DNA from: Patescibacteria group bacterium
Lineage (GTDB): Bacteria; Patescibacteriota; Microgenomatia; Levybacterales; UBA12049
Length of the DNA: 64,000 nt
Reading direction: 5' to 3'
NCBI GenBank assembly: GCA_023484045.1
Contig: JAMDAA010000015.1
Location: forward strand, 8,659 to 72,658
The notes below the pieces were generated by a model. The model worked only from the letters and a program-made list of their open reading frames with translations, did not search any database and was not told the DNA's origin. Below, piece by piece: positions 1-10,416 of the stretch (position 1 is its first letter; each line of letters starts with the position of its first letter). The translations under genes were made by a program, and so were the position numbers.

Positions 1-4
1 ATAT

Positions 5-739
5 TTATTTTCTTGACATTATGACTTTTTGTTCGCCATAAGCCCCCGGCGCAACCTGGTATTTTGGAAAATAAAAGATTATAGCATTGTCATTAAATGT
101 GAAATTTTTGAAATTATTTGCATTTGCTCCTGCGCCTGAATCGATCATGTCTTTCGGGACGCAATTATCATATGGGCAATTTGGCTGGTTTCGGAATTGT
201 CCTGTTAAATCATTAATCACGAATTCCGATATTTGCTGAGCATAATTAGGGTCGTTTTTAAATAAATCCGAAATAACGACGTCTTTTTTATTTACAATGT
301 CATAATTAAAAGTTTTTATTTCCTGCCGTTCGTTTGCACCACCTTCGAAAGCATTAACTCTTGTAATAAAACTGATATATTGGTTATTTAATTGTTCCGG
401 TGACCAAGTAATAGAGAGTGAATACATTTGTTCGGGAAATTTCGAAATTTCTTCGGGCGTCGAATTCTTCTCCAATAATTTATGATTTTCATCGGTGTTT
501 TTTTTGAACTCGTTTATACTATTGGATACAAAAGTTTTTATTTCCTCATCAAACGATTTTGGTAGAGTTTCAAATTGAGGATATCCTACTGAAATCTTGT
601 AAAGCTTAGTATTTTCTTTTACAAATTTTACTTTAAGTGAAAGCTCTTGGTTGTCCGTAATGTATTTTTGAAAAACAAAATATACTCCGGTTAGAATAAA
701 AAAGATTCCGATCAAAATGAGGATTTTATTGTTTTTCAT
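5..739 (-). CDS. Membrane-anchored DUF3298/RsiV-PdaC-like protein
   Basis: N-terminal TM helix; GGAN..TFNYD and C-terminal F.F...IIFYFPKYQVAPGAYG motif typical of DUF3298. Confidence 0.75.
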   Translation of the reverse strand: MKNNKILILIGIFFILTGVYFVFQKYITDNQELSLKVKFVKENTKLYKISVGYPQFETLPKSFDEEIKTFVSNSINEFKKNTDENHKLLEKNSTPEEISKFPEQMYSLSITWSPEQLNNQYISFITRVNAFEGGANERQEIKTFNYDIVNKKDVVISDLFKNDPNYAQQISEFVINDLTGQFRNQPNCPYDNCVPKDMIDSGAGANANNFKNFTFNDNAIIFYFPKYQVAPGAYGEQKVIMSRK

Positions 740-837
740 AAAATATCACTATATTTACATTAGCACAAATGTCCCCAAATTTAAATTATGTTTACAAAAG
801 GTATTTACTATTCTATGATTAGGTTAGCTTTTTTAGA

Positions 838-1926
838 ATGAATTTAGTTAATTATCTATCGGGGAAAAGACGCGTTTTATCGAATCAATATTTTATTCGT
901 GTGATCGACTTCGAAAGCATATTCGAAAGTTTTTTTGTTTCGGCTATTATCGCAATTTTAGGTATTAGAATATTTTTGCAACTTACCAATTATCCAAAGC
1001 TCGGCGGCGGAGGATTCCATATTGCGCACATGCTTTGGGGTGGGATGTTTATGCTTTTTGCGATAATTATCCTTCTTATTTTTTTAGGAAGACCGACGAG
1101 GAGAACAGCGGCAATTTTAGGAGGTTTGGGCTTTGGTGCTTTTATCGACGAGCTCGGAAAATTTATAACAAGCGACAATAATTATTTTTTTCAACCGACA
1201 TTCTCTTTAATTTATTTAATTTTTGTTATTTTATATGTCACTTTTTATTCATTCAGAAAATATTGGGATTTTTCTAAAAAAGAGTATCTCATAAACAGTC
1301 TGGAGTATATAAAAGAAGCAATAATGACAGACTTAAATAAAGAAGAAAAAAGACTCGCGATGCATTATTTGTCGCATTCTGACCAGAATAATCAGATTAC
1401 GATAACGCTTAAAGATTTATATAAAAAATTAGACACGATTCCAGAATCAGAACCGAACATCATTACTCGGATCAAAAAATTTCTGACTGATTTTTATTTG
1501 AACTTAGTACAAAAAAAATTATTCAAAATCGGGGTAAATGTATTTTTTATTGTTAAGTTTATTTTAAGTATCTTATTGGTTATATCGTCTCTTTCAGCCT
1601 TGATTCAGGTTTTTATCCTGCAAGGAATTACGATTAAGGAAATATATGGCAGTACAATTGAAATCCTAGATCTTTTCGCGAGTTCTGTTGCGGGTGTTTT
1701 TATAATAATAGGCGTTATAAAAATGCGCCGATCTCGACTCGAGGCGTATAAGATGTTCAAAAAAAGTGTGTATATCTCAATTTTTTTAGTTCAGGTTTTT
1801 TCTTTTTATCAGGAACAATTGAGCGCTTTTTTGGGACTTATTTTTAATATTTTAATTCTTATTGCGTTAAATAGTATGATTGATCAGGAAAGAGCAATTC
1901 TCCACAAAAATCAAGAAGAGGATTGA
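838..1926 (+). CDS. Conserved integral membrane protein (HIAHMLWGG / DELGKFIT..NYFF family)
   Basis: 362-aa ORF, about 8 hydrophobic segments, conserved-looking HIAH and DELGK motifs; function unknown. Confidence 0.7.
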   Translation: MNLVNYLSGKRRVLSNQYFIRVIDFESIFESFFVSAIIAILGIRIFLQLTNYPKLGGGGFHIAHMLWGGMFMLFAIIILLIFLGRPTRRTAAILGGLGFGAFIDELGKFITSDNNYFFQPTFSLIYLIFVILYVTFYSFRKYWDFSKKEYLINSLEYIKEAIMTDLNKEEKRLAMHYLSHSDQNNQITITLKDLYKKLDTIPESEPNIITRIKKFLTDFYLNLVQKKLFKIGVNVFFIVKFILSILLVISSLSALIQVFILQGITIKEIYGSTIEILDLFASSVAGVFIIIGVIKMRRSRLEAYKMFKKSVYISIFLVQVFSFYQEQLSAFLGLIFNILILIALNSMIDQERAILHKNQEED

Positions 1927-2249
1927 GGATTTTTTTTCTTTCTGATTTTTTCCGCGCGTGAAGCGCCAACAATATCTCTTTCTTGAACGTTTAAACTAAT
2001 GGGTCCATTGGGACAGTCGCCTTTATATATCCTCGCTCGATGGCATGCTTCATAAGCCTGAAGACCTCCATATTTTTCTCCAAGATGTTTTATTACATAC
2101 ATATCAACAGTAGGTGTCCCCAAGGTAGGTCCTCTACGGGTTGGTACTTTAATTCGTCTTCCGTCGGCAATTATTATATGAGTTGCTCTAGATAGTCCTA
2201 AATCTAAGCCAGGAAGTCGATCAATACCTAAATTTTCACAGTTTTTCAT
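1911..2249 (-). CDS. Hypothetical protein (ORFan)
   Basis: ATG at 2249 preceded by TGnTATAAT 7 bp upstream; no recognisable domain. Confidence 0.5.
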   Translation of the reverse strand: MKNCENLGIDRLPGLDLGLSRATHIIIADGRRIKVPTRRGPTLGTPTVDMYVIKHLGEKYGGLQAYEACHRARIYKGDCPNGPISLNVQERDIVGASRAEKIRKKKNPQSSS

Positions 2250-2384
2250 GTAAGAGATTATAACAAAAAAGCTCATCAATTACAAACTATAGGTCGTGTA
2301 GATTCTAATTTTGTGATCATAAAAACTAAAGCCGATTATTTCTAGCTGAAACAAAAAAATAGAAAATCTGCTATAATAGTACCA

Positions 2385-2822
2385 ATGCATAAAAAGTTTT
2401 ATGCAAGCGGATTTTTTTATCACCCGCCTACACAGCAAATTCTCTTGCAACAAAAAAAGTCTGTAGTCAATTCATCGCCCGCATGGTCAATGTTCGGAGA
2501 TAGCTGTTCTTGTGAAGAAAGCGCCGCGATAACATTTCAACGTATTATTCATAAATTATTAAAAATAAAAATAAAACCCGATTTTATTCATCCGATATAT
2601 ACATATTTTTATAAAGATATAGGTAAGAATAATGTCGTTTTTTACGCAGAAGTGGAAGAGACAAAAAAATTTTCATCAAAAAAAGGTGTATTTACTTGGT
2701 TCACATTTAAACAAATACTTAAACTGCAATTAACAGATCAGATAAAACAAGACCTTATCGTCGGTCAACGCGTTATCGATGCGGGAATACGAAAGGGTCT
2801 CGGCCTCAAAACACTAGAGTAG
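2385..2822 (+). CDS. NUDIX-fold protein with degenerate Nudix box
   Basis: ASGFFY..QILLQ..WSMFG..EESA....R pattern; the REUxEE glutamates are missing. Confidence 0.55.
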   Translation: MHKKFYASGFFYHPPTQQILLQQKKSVVNSSPAWSMFGDSCSCEESAAITFQRIIHKLLKIKIKPDFIHPIYTYFYKDIGKNNVVFYAEVEETKKFSSKKGVFTWFTFKQILKLQLTDQIKQDLIVGQRVIDAGIRKGLGLKTLE

Positions 2823-3034
2823 TAAATATTATTGGATTATTCCTTCTTCGATCGCTTTTCAATATTATAAATGTTATTTATAATTAAATACTGCAATAAA
2901 CCATAAATATTTATATTATTTTATTATCATTGCTTTCAGTTGGATTTATTGTGAGCATAACGCGTTACGGCTTAAGAAGTTTTAGTAATCCTGTTTTAAT
3001 GATATTCGGCTTATCAAATTCTTATTTTTAGGGA

Positions 3035-3490
3035 TTGTTTACAAATGGAGTCCTTTACGCGATAAGTGTTTTCGGAATATATTTTATCGCAAGTAACTAT
3101 TTAAGTAAATTAGCCTCATTCTTTGCTGCATTTATTTTTATCTTTTATGGTTGGACTCTTTTTTACACTCATTTTACTTATTCGGAAACAGCGACTTCAG
3201 TATTTTGTATTTGGACAATTTTATTTTTAATTAAATCCGATTGTTTTCAAAAGAGAAAATATGCGATTCTTTTTGGTCTTTTTTTTGGTTTTGGACTTTT
3301 AACACGGTGGATAACAATAGTTTTTGTTTTGGGACCATTAATTTATGTTTTTTATCAGTTTTTGAAGAAACGTTTGTTCAAAAAAAGGCCTGTTTTATTA
3401 AATATTTTATTTTCATTTTTGATTGTTTTGTTGTTGTCGGCATATCCCTATTATCTTAATTCTTATTGGGTATTTTTTATTTTATTTTAA
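3035..3490 (+). pseudogene. Fragment of a GT-C (ArnT/PMT-like) glycosyltransferase
   Basis: Internal TM segments (YSE, GLFFGFGLLTRW) without a proper start; only 151 aa against about 500 aa for intact paralogues in this window. Confidence 0.55.
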
Positions 3491-3690
3491 TAATTATAGG
3501 GTTTATTTTAGGCTTCAGAAAAAAAAGAATGTGGACAGTGAGGAGTTAGAAAGATTAAGATTAAAATTTGTTAATCTCTTAAAAGATACGGATAAATAGT
3601 GCCGGGCCTTTTTCTGCAAGAAACTCTTAGAAAGAAATCATCATTTATAATTTATTTGCTTTTTTTAGGGACAATGATTAGTATAGGCGC

Positions 3691-4239
3691 ATGCGGAAAA
3701 TAAGGATATTATTTTTTTTCCTGACTTTTTTATTTTTTGGCTTAGTTATCTTTGTGTACACTTTATCTTCTCAAACAAAAATGGCGGGTTTGAATAAATT
3801 GGCAGATGTTAAGGTTCCGACACCGACTACAGCTCCGACGTTTACGCCTTCTCCTACGCCTTCTCCGACACCCATTCCGACTTCAACCCCAACCCAAACG
3901 CCAACGCCAGAGCTGACCTCAATTCCGACTCCGACAATAATTATTATCGCGTCCCCAGAACTCGACACGCTTTTTACAAAATACGCAAATGAATACAGTA
4001 TCGATAAAGAATTGCTTAAGAGGATTGCGAATTGCGAATCGACTCTCAACCCAAACGCGAGTACTAAATATTACGCGGGGCTTTTTCAATTTTCAGAAAG
4101 CTTGTGGATTCAGACAAGAACTCTTATAGGGAAAGACCCCGACGTAAATCTCCGTTACAATCCAGAAGAGGCGATCAGAACAGCCGCTTTTATGGTTTCA
4201 CAAGGTCGATTAGGAATTTGGCCAAATTGCGGGAGATAA
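3691..4239 (+). CDS. Membrane-anchored lytic transglycosylase (SLT/Rpf-like) with Pro/Thr linker
   Basis: TM helix, (PT)n linker, IANCES..NPNA, GLFQF...W and WPNC lysozyme-like motifs. Confidence 0.8.
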   Translation: MRKIRILFFFLTFLFFGLVIFVYTLSSQTKMAGLNKLADVKVPTPTTAPTFTPSPTPSPTPIPTSTPTQTPTPELTSIPTPTIIIIASPELDTLFTKYANEYSIDKELLKRIANCESTLNPNASTKYYAGLFQFSESLWIQTRTLIGKDPDVNLRYNPEEAIRTAAFMVSQGRLGIWPNCGR

Positions 4240-4283
4240 AACAGCAACCCGACGGATAATAGCTTTCTTATATTAGATATATT

Positions 4284-5039
4284 TTAACGCCAACCACATA
4301 TCTTTGCTAGTAAATTTTCTGCAACGGATACCTCTTGAATAATTTTTGAAGGTTGTATTTCGGGAAACTTTTTAGCCGCCCAAAACCGACAGATTTCACT
4401 AAGAGCAAGGTTTGATAATCTTGATCTTATTTCTGATCTTATTGCATCTACGCTCTCAGATTCTTCGATTCCTGGTTTTCTTCCGCTTTTTGTATATTCC
4501 CCATTTTCTAATAAGTCATCAATTAATTGTTTAGACATTATTTGCCTTTGATCTAAATATTTTTCAGGAAGATAAAATTCTTCTGGATGTGTTGATTGTC
4601 TGTCTAAGTTCTCACTTCCGAGTCTCGTTACAGAAGATTCTTGAGCAACAGATTCGGGAATATCAACGTAGTAAGTCATTCCTCCATTCACGCCATAACA
4701 GTTAGCGGCAATATAAAGATACGGAGTCCACCATCTTCCGGCCCCTGGAGCTATCTTACTAAATTTTGCAAACTCTTTTCTATCTCTTTCGCCCCGAAAT
4801 AGTCTTACAAAGTCCTCTCCTGTTTTAGGTAACCCTGAATATTCTCTTGTAGGATATGGGGTAAAAAATTTATCAAAAAGAATGTTTAAATCATCGTTTG
4901 AAAACTCTTCCAAACCATGACAATCTCTCACTTCGTCTAGAATATTATTATCATTCTCTGGTAACTGACGCCATTTATCGTGTTCGGTAGAAAACAATTT
5001 TTTCTCTTCTTTTGTTTCTTTTTCAGAAAAGTCTTCCAC
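4284..5039 (-). CDS. Hypothetical protein, possible ADP-ribosyltransferase-like fold
   Basis: GTG start with TGnTATTAT upstream; RLFRG...WWT....A..Y...YYVDIP...EEFYLP. Confidence 0.5.
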   Translation of the reverse strand: MEDFSEKETKEEKKLFSTEHDKWRQLPENDNNILDEVRDCHGLEEFSNDDLNILFDKFFTPYPTREYSGLPKTGEDFVRLFRGERDRKEFAKFSKIAPGAGRWWTPYLYIAANCYGVNGGMTYYVDIPESVAQESSVTRLGSENLDRQSTHPEEFYLPEKYLDQRQIMSKQLIDDLLENGEYTKSGRKPGIEESESVDAIRSEIRSRLSNLALSEICRFWAAKKFPEIQPSKIIQEVSVAENLLAKICGWR

Positions 5040-5181
5040 TAGCAGATAATAGCAAATAAAAACCTTTTAGAGAACAAGGTTATTGTTCTAAGTTTTGAAT
5101 GTGTAATTTACTCCAGTATAATATAAAGGTATTTTTTCTATAAGGCCAATAAAATACTTGGGGGTAAAATTTTTAAAAAAA

Positions 5182-6984
5182 TTATTGGGGCAAACAATTA
5201 CAGCTTTTTTCTGATGTACAATCGGGGTTACGACACACGCTAGACCCTAAACCTTCTCCGGATACACAAGTTAAATTTCCATCACATTCATATCCGTTGC
5301 TGCCGCAAGTCTGGTTGCAGTAAGCAATTTTTGGTGTCGGAGTCGGAGCAGCTGTCGGTAAGGGCGTGGCAGTCGGCGTTGGTTGGGGAGTTGAAGTAGG
5401 CGCGGGACGACAATTCTGCTGACATTGGGTGAGCCCCGTGTTATTAAAAGGATAAGGAGGATTATTTTGTGTCGTAAGTTCACACGTATAAGATGATGTG
5501 TTGCATACATATCCTGTGTACGCAGGTCCGCCTCCACAGGAAAAAGGTGTTGACTGAGAAAAATTTGAAAAATTAGAATCATCACTGCAATTCATGCAGA
5601 GTGAATACGCGTATTGCGCGTAATACGATCTGTTGCCATCGATTTGCACCGTTATTTGGGGGTTGTTCGCCTGAATTTTACTATTATACATATCTGCAGT
5701 CGCCGCGCTTCTTCCGACCTGAATCCAATAATTACCCGCCGTTGATTGTCTGGGAAACGAAATAACCGCGTTATATTGGTTGTTTCCAAGACTATTACAT
5801 GCGTTTACAATAACATTTCCGCTCGGAGTGGGAATAAATACGCCGGTATTAAGAGTAAAATTAATATTTTGGGCGGGGACTGTAATAATTTGGGATTGTG
5901 TCGATGCAGTATTTTGTTGATTAACTTGCAAAACTCCTGTTATTTCGTACTGTTTTCCGACTGTTAAATTATTCCAGCTCCATGGTTGGCCATTGTGTGA
6001 AGGGTTATTAATACGGGTAATAACATTATAATTTTGGTTTCCGGGCAACCTCCATAACATAAGCAAGCTCGTATTTTCCTGTTCCGGTCCGTTAATAAAT
6101 ACTGTTCCAGTAATGTTTCCTGTTGTTTGTTGGGGAACAGGAGTAGGATTATTAGGAGAGGGAGATACAGGAGGATTAGCGGGCGGAACGGCTGTAGAAT
6201 TGAGGATAAAATCGATTTTACTATCTCCTCCGGCCGCAGTCACAGTCTCACTTGTCGCGAGTGTGATTACTCCCTGCATCAAAACCGCTTTGATCATATA
6301 ATCTTTTAACGGTACTGTTTTGTCCCATTTCCATCCGTTTTTTTGGCCGGCATTTGTTGTCGTTACGACTGTTTGAAAATCCTGATCGGTCGGTAATCTT
6401 GCCTGAATAAAAAGCGTGTTTTGTGGAGGGATATATCCGTTTATCGTAACAGTGCCCTTAATATAAGTTGTTTGTTCTATAACGACAGATTCAGGTAAAT
6501 CGTGCCAGGTCACGTGTAGATTTAGCTCTTGATTCGCGGCAGGCGCGGTAACGATAAGCGGTTCTGATGTTGTAACCAATTTTCCGTCGACTTGTAAACT
6601 TGCGATCATCTCATACGGCTGTCCAGAAACAGCGTCATTCCACGCCCATGGAGATTTTTCCGCCAAACCAGACGCGTATACAATAATATAATCTCCCGTA
6701 CTTTTATATTTGCGGTATTTTATTTGTACCTGCCCTCTGTCTCCCGGGTCGGGTTTTAATGCAGTGTAGTTAATGACTCCCGCGATCGTCGCGGCGCGGG
6801 ATTTACCGGTCAGGAAAAAAAGCAAAATAAATAAAACGATCAGTGCTCCGATTCCTGCGGCGATATATATAAACAATTTTGATTTTAGAAATGCAATTTT
6901 TTCTTGAGAGGGTGGATTTTCGATGCCTTGAGGAGGTAAACTTGGAGTACTTTGATTGTTTTGATTTTGAATTACCTGGCCCAT
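5182..6984 (-). CDS. Membrane-anchored surface protein with three repeated beta-sandwich-like domains, PT linker and Cys-rich C-terminus
   Basis: TM at about aa 38-58; repeated G.I....W.W...Y...A/G.L...S....TAPA units; many Cys in the last 200 aa. Confidence 0.75.
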   Translation of the reverse strand: MGQVIQNQNNQSTPSLPPQGIENPPSQEKIAFLKSKLFIYIAAGIGALIVLFILLFFLTGKSRAATIAGVINYTALKPDPGDRGQVQIKYRKYKSTGDYIIVYASGLAEKSPWAWNDAVSGQPYEMIASLQVDGKLVTTSEPLIVTAPAANQELNLHVTWHDLPESVVIEQTTYIKGTVTINGYIPPQNTLFIQARLPTDQDFQTVVTTTNAGQKNGWKWDKTVPLKDYMIKAVLMQGVITLATSETVTAAGGDSKIDFILNSTAVPPANPPVSPSPNNPTPVPQQTTGNITGTVFINGPEQENTSLLMLWRLPGNQNYNVITRINNPSHNGQPWSWNNLTVGKQYEITGVLQVNQQNTASTQSQIITVPAQNINFTLNTGVFIPTPSGNVIVNACNSLGNNQYNAVISFPRQSTAGNYWIQVGRSAATADMYNSKIQANNPQITVQIDGNRSYYAQYAYSLCMNCSDDSNFSNFSQSTPFSCGGGPAYTGYVCNTSSYTCELTTQNNPPYPFNNTGLTQCQQNCRPAPTSTPQPTPTATPLPTAAPTPTPKIAYCNQTCGSNGYECDGNLTCVSGEGLGSSVCRNPDCTSEKSCNCLPQ

Positions 6985-7074
6985 ATATTTATACTAAACT
7001 AGTATAGGAAAAAGTCAAGAACATCTGGAAAATTAATAAGTAAAGCGTTTGATATAATATTTTTAATTATCACT

Positions 7075-7728
7075 ATGTTTGAAACCTTAAGTTCAATTCT
7101 TCCTCTCGATATCGCATCTACCCTCAGTCCTTTAATTTTTGCCATAACGATTGTCCTTCTTTCCGACGAATCCCATAGAAAAGCAAAACTCACGGCATTT
7201 TTTATCGGATCTTTGATCGTCGGTATTATAATTACATCGATCGGTTTTAATCTCGGTCAAAAAACTTTGGCAGGAGGAAAGCAGAGCAATATCTCTTCAA
7301 TAGCAGATTTAATAATCGGTGTATTCTTTATTTTTTTCGCGATAAAATCTCTTCTTTCAAAAGAAAGAAAAGTTCATATTCAAGATTATCAACAAGGCAG
7401 AAAAATATTAAAATGGTTTGGTATCGGAATAATCGTAAACGCGACAAATTTTGACGCGCTTTTTTTAAATCTTACCGCAGCCAAAGAAGTTGGTATAGCA
7501 GGATTATCTTTAACAGTAAAAACTTTTTTTCTTTGTCTGAATTTATTATTTTTTACTCTTCCCATATCTTTTCCGATAGTTTTATATATTATTTTTCCTG
7601 TTGTTGCGACCAGAATCTTAGCAAGAATAAATCGCTTTCTGTTTAAATATTGTAAATATATAATCGCAGTAATGTTTATTCTTTTGGCAATAATCTTTTT
7701 AGAACGGGGACTTGTTTTTTTCTTGTAA
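7075..7728 (+). CDS. GAP (Gap/Sap) family membrane protein
   Basis: STLSP..FAITIVLL N-terminus, six TM segments, N.D motif. Confidence 0.65.
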   Translation: MFETLSSILPLDIASTLSPLIFAITIVLLSDESHRKAKLTAFFIGSLIVGIIITSIGFNLGQKTLAGGKQSNISSIADLIIGVFFIFFAIKSLLSKERKVHIQDYQQGRKILKWFGIGIIVNATNFDALFLNLTAAKEVGIAGLSLTVKTFFLCLNLLFFTLPISFPIVLYIIFPVVATRILARINRFLFKYCKYIIAVMFILLAIIFLERGLVFFL

Positions 7729-7751
7729 TTTATTACACTAAAATATAGATT

Positions 7752-8693
7752 GTGTTTAGTCGTCATTATTTAAAAGTTGATATTTGGTTTTTAAGATCCG
7801 CGTTGGCTTGGGTTTTGCTCGTTATCGCTTTATTGATGGTTCCGGTATCGGTAATTTTTTTCTGGTTAAGATTTACGATTTTAAATACCGATCAATTTGT
7901 CAAAACTTTAAGCCCGATCAGTAAAAATGTCTACATTATAGGATCTTTGTCTAATAATTTAAGTAAAAATTTTTTTCAGAATATCGACGCTGAAGGAAAA
8001 ATCAGAGAAGCTCTTCCCGATAAGGCTAAATTTTTAGCCCCGGTATTAACGTTGGAACTTAAAGGCTTTGTCGCAGAGGAAAGCAGGGTTATTTTGACGT
8101 CAAACGCTTTTAATAATGTTTGGACGAAAGTGTTAAAGACTGTTCACCCTAAAATTATTAATATTCTAACCGGCCGGGGGGATTTGAACGTTAATAATCA
8201 AGGAGAAGTAGTTTTGGATTTCTCAGATGCTGTTAGCAGGCTTCAAAAAACCCTTAATAATAAAGGGGTCACAATTTTTAACAATATTTCGATCGAACCG
8301 CAAGTGACTCTTTTTAAATCGGGGAAATTAGCCTATTTTAAAAGCATTCTTAATTTTATTTCTGTTCTCGGGATCGCTTTGCCTGTAATAGGGGTTTTAT
8401 TAATCATCGGCGCAATTTTTTCTTCTCTGAAACGTCTACAGTTTCTGTTTTGGGTTGGTATCGGGATATTAGTTTTTTCAGCGATTCTATTTTTTATAAT
8501 TCAAATCGGAGAAAGTTATTTTGTGAAAATGACAGGAGAGATCGACGCTAAAGCTGCAGGGGCGTTATATCAGATATTGACAGATTCTCTTAAAAAACTG
8601 TCGATCGAAATTAGTATTTCCGGTTTAATTATCGCCTTAGCTTCAAAATTTCTACCAAACAACCGGTTTATAAAAAGGTACTTGACAAAGTAA
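7752..8693 (+). CDS. Integral membrane protein with large soluble loop
   Basis: N-terminal TM, W...TILNTDQFVKT..P motif, three C-terminal TM segments. Confidence 0.6.
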   Translation: MFSRHYLKVDIWFLRSALAWVLLVIALLMVPVSVIFFWLRFTILNTDQFVKTLSPISKNVYIIGSLSNNLSKNFFQNIDAEGKIREALPDKAKFLAPVLTLELKGFVAEESRVILTSNAFNNVWTKVLKTVHPKIINILTGRGDLNVNNQGEVVLDFSDAVSRLQKTLNNKGVTIFNNISIEPQVTLFKSGKLAYFKSILNFISVLGIALPVIGVLLIIGAIFSSLKRLQFLFWVGIGILVFSAILFFIIQIGESYFVKMTGEIDAKAAGALYQILTDSLKKLSIEISISGLIIALASKFLPNNRFIKRYLTK

Positions 8694-8718
8694 TTCTATT
8701 AATGTTTTATTATTATAT

Positions 8719-9246
8719 ATGGCAAAAAACCTGTCCAAAAAATCTTCTGACTGGTGGATTTTTTTACTCGAAGGCGTTTTTCAATTAATTTTAGGACTCC
8801 TCCTCCTTTTTTCTACCGACATCACAGTTTTTCTTCTAGTCCAGCTTCTCGGTGTTTACTGGTTGATTAGAGGAATCATTATGATTATCCGGGTTCTAAT
8901 TGGTAAAGAAAGAAATTGGGGTTGGGTAATGCTTGGAGGAATTTTAGGAATCGTTTCCGGTATTATAGTTCTCCGCTATCCGATCTTTTCAAGCTTTATA
9001 ATACTAGAATTCTTGGTTGTTTTGATCGCGTTTGTCGGCATTATTCAGGGAACGATCTCCCTCGTCAGTGGATTTAGAGGCGGAAGTTTTGGCGAGGTAT
9101 TATTGGGAGCCGTGCTTTGGATAATCTGTCTACTTTTACTCTTCAATCCGTTAAGTTCGATAATAGCGCTTCCGGTTGTTATCGGTATACTTTGGATAGT
9201 AAGCGGAGCGATCCTCACGACGATGTCTTTCTATCTCCGAAAATAA
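8719..9246 (+). CDS. HdeD/DUF308 family membrane protein
   Basis: WWIFLLEG...LILGLLL start and repeated G....G TM hairpins. Confidence 0.75.
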   Translation: MAKNLSKKSSDWWIFLLEGVFQLILGLLLLFSTDITVFLLVQLLGVYWLIRGIIMIIRVLIGKERNWGWVMLGGILGIVSGIIVLRYPIFSSFIILEFLVVLIAFVGIIQGTISLVSGFRGGSFGEVLLGAVLWIICLLLLFNPLSSIIALPVVIGILWIVSGAILTTMSFYLRK

Positions 9247-9287
9247 TTTATCCGTTGTTAGTAAAATTGATATAAGTCTGTTTGTAG

Positions 9288-10304
9288 TTAACGAGGTTTT
9301 ATATCAGCAAACCAATCTGTTCGATTAGGGTCCATCTTTATTATTCCCGGTTTTTTTAAATCAAAATCATCGAAGCCTACGCGTATAAAACCGGGATTAT
9401 CGTGCATGCGGACATAATATCGAAGATTAGCGAGATCCGAAATAGTTGTCCATTGGGTGTAATCGCAGATAATTTTTCCTCCCTCTGTGTTTCTTTCGAC
9501 TCCCGATACGAGATCAAAGTCGTTGATAACATGAAGTATAGTGATGATCGTTGAAGATACGTCTTCGGGCTGCGGAAACACAGATTGAGTAAGAACAATT
9601 GCTCTGATGAAGCGCGAAGTAGGTGTAAAATCACCCGGCAAGCCGAGCATTCCCGTACCCTCACCGAGTTGCGAAAAATTAATACCATCGAGAATCTTAC
9701 TAGACGCGTCATTTGGGGAGAGTTTAATATAATTTCTCAAATTTATAAGATGCCAGTCAAACGGAGGGGCGTTTGTGAGAACGCCGAGTGGATTATCATA
9801 GATTTTCAAATTACCGTCGATGTATTCAAAAACGGCTGCATTGCCATTTTTATCTTGAATACTGAAATGGAGTGGCAAAGACATGTTCATCTGCGGTACG
9901 ACTTCCTCCCAGACAAATACCTTTTGGATAATCTCTTTTGCCTCCGAAACCGTTTGAGCGCTACTCAATAAATATATTCCAACATCAATATTTCCGATAG
10001 TTTCGTTATATTGTTCGGGAGAAGGTTTTTGACATTTTGTAAAACCGGGAAGATAAAGTGCGCCAAAGTATAATCCGCATTCATTTATTCCATCAGAAAC
10101 ATTGTCTGCGCCCAATGAGTTAAGTCCTAAAAAGGCATATTTTCCCTGCCAGGTCAAACCATTTTTTCCTTCAGGAGCTCTGCTTGTAAAAGACGTACTT
10201 TGTGGGAAAAAAGTAAGTTGGGATTTTAAATCAAAATATAGATCCATTGTTCTGCCGATTACAACATCATTGCTTTTTGATTTTATGCGAAGATTGGTAC
10301 ACAT
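9288..10304 (-). CDS. Choloylglycine hydrolase / penicillin V acylase family (Ntn hydrolase)
   Basis: Cys2 nucleophile (MCT), GRTMD, DGINE.GL, LTNAPPF.WH..NL.NY, GLPGDFT..SRF. Confidence 0.92.
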   Translation of the reverse strand: MCTNLRIKSKSNDVVIGRTMDLYFDLKSQLTFFPQSTSFTSRAPEGKNGLTWQGKYAFLGLNSLGADNVSDGINECGLYFGALYLPGFTKCQKPSPEQYNETIGNIDVGIYLLSSAQTVSEAKEIIQKVFVWEEVVPQMNMSLPLHFSIQDKNGNAAVFEYIDGNLKIYDNPLGVLTNAPPFDWHLINLRNYIKLSPNDASSKILDGINFSQLGEGTGMLGLPGDFTPTSRFIRAIVLTQSVFPQPEDVSSTIITILHVINDFDLVSGVERNTEGGKIICDYTQWTTISDLANLRYYVRMHDNPGFIRVGFDDFDLKKPGIIKMDPNRTDWFADIKPR

Positions 10305-10416
10305 ATAATAATTCTACAAAACGGAAAAATAAAAAACAAGGAGTATTGTAATAAACCATAACATTCTCAGCTTGTGATTGACTTACGTCTTAAAATACTT
10401 CTTAATAAATATAGAC

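Noticed and set aside
3820-3940. Repetitive CCGAC/ACGCC tracts here and at about 5335-5405, 34650-34800 and 44500-44545
   Set aside because: They are explained by Pro/Thr linker codons. There is no constant repeat-spacer structure, so this is not CRISPR.
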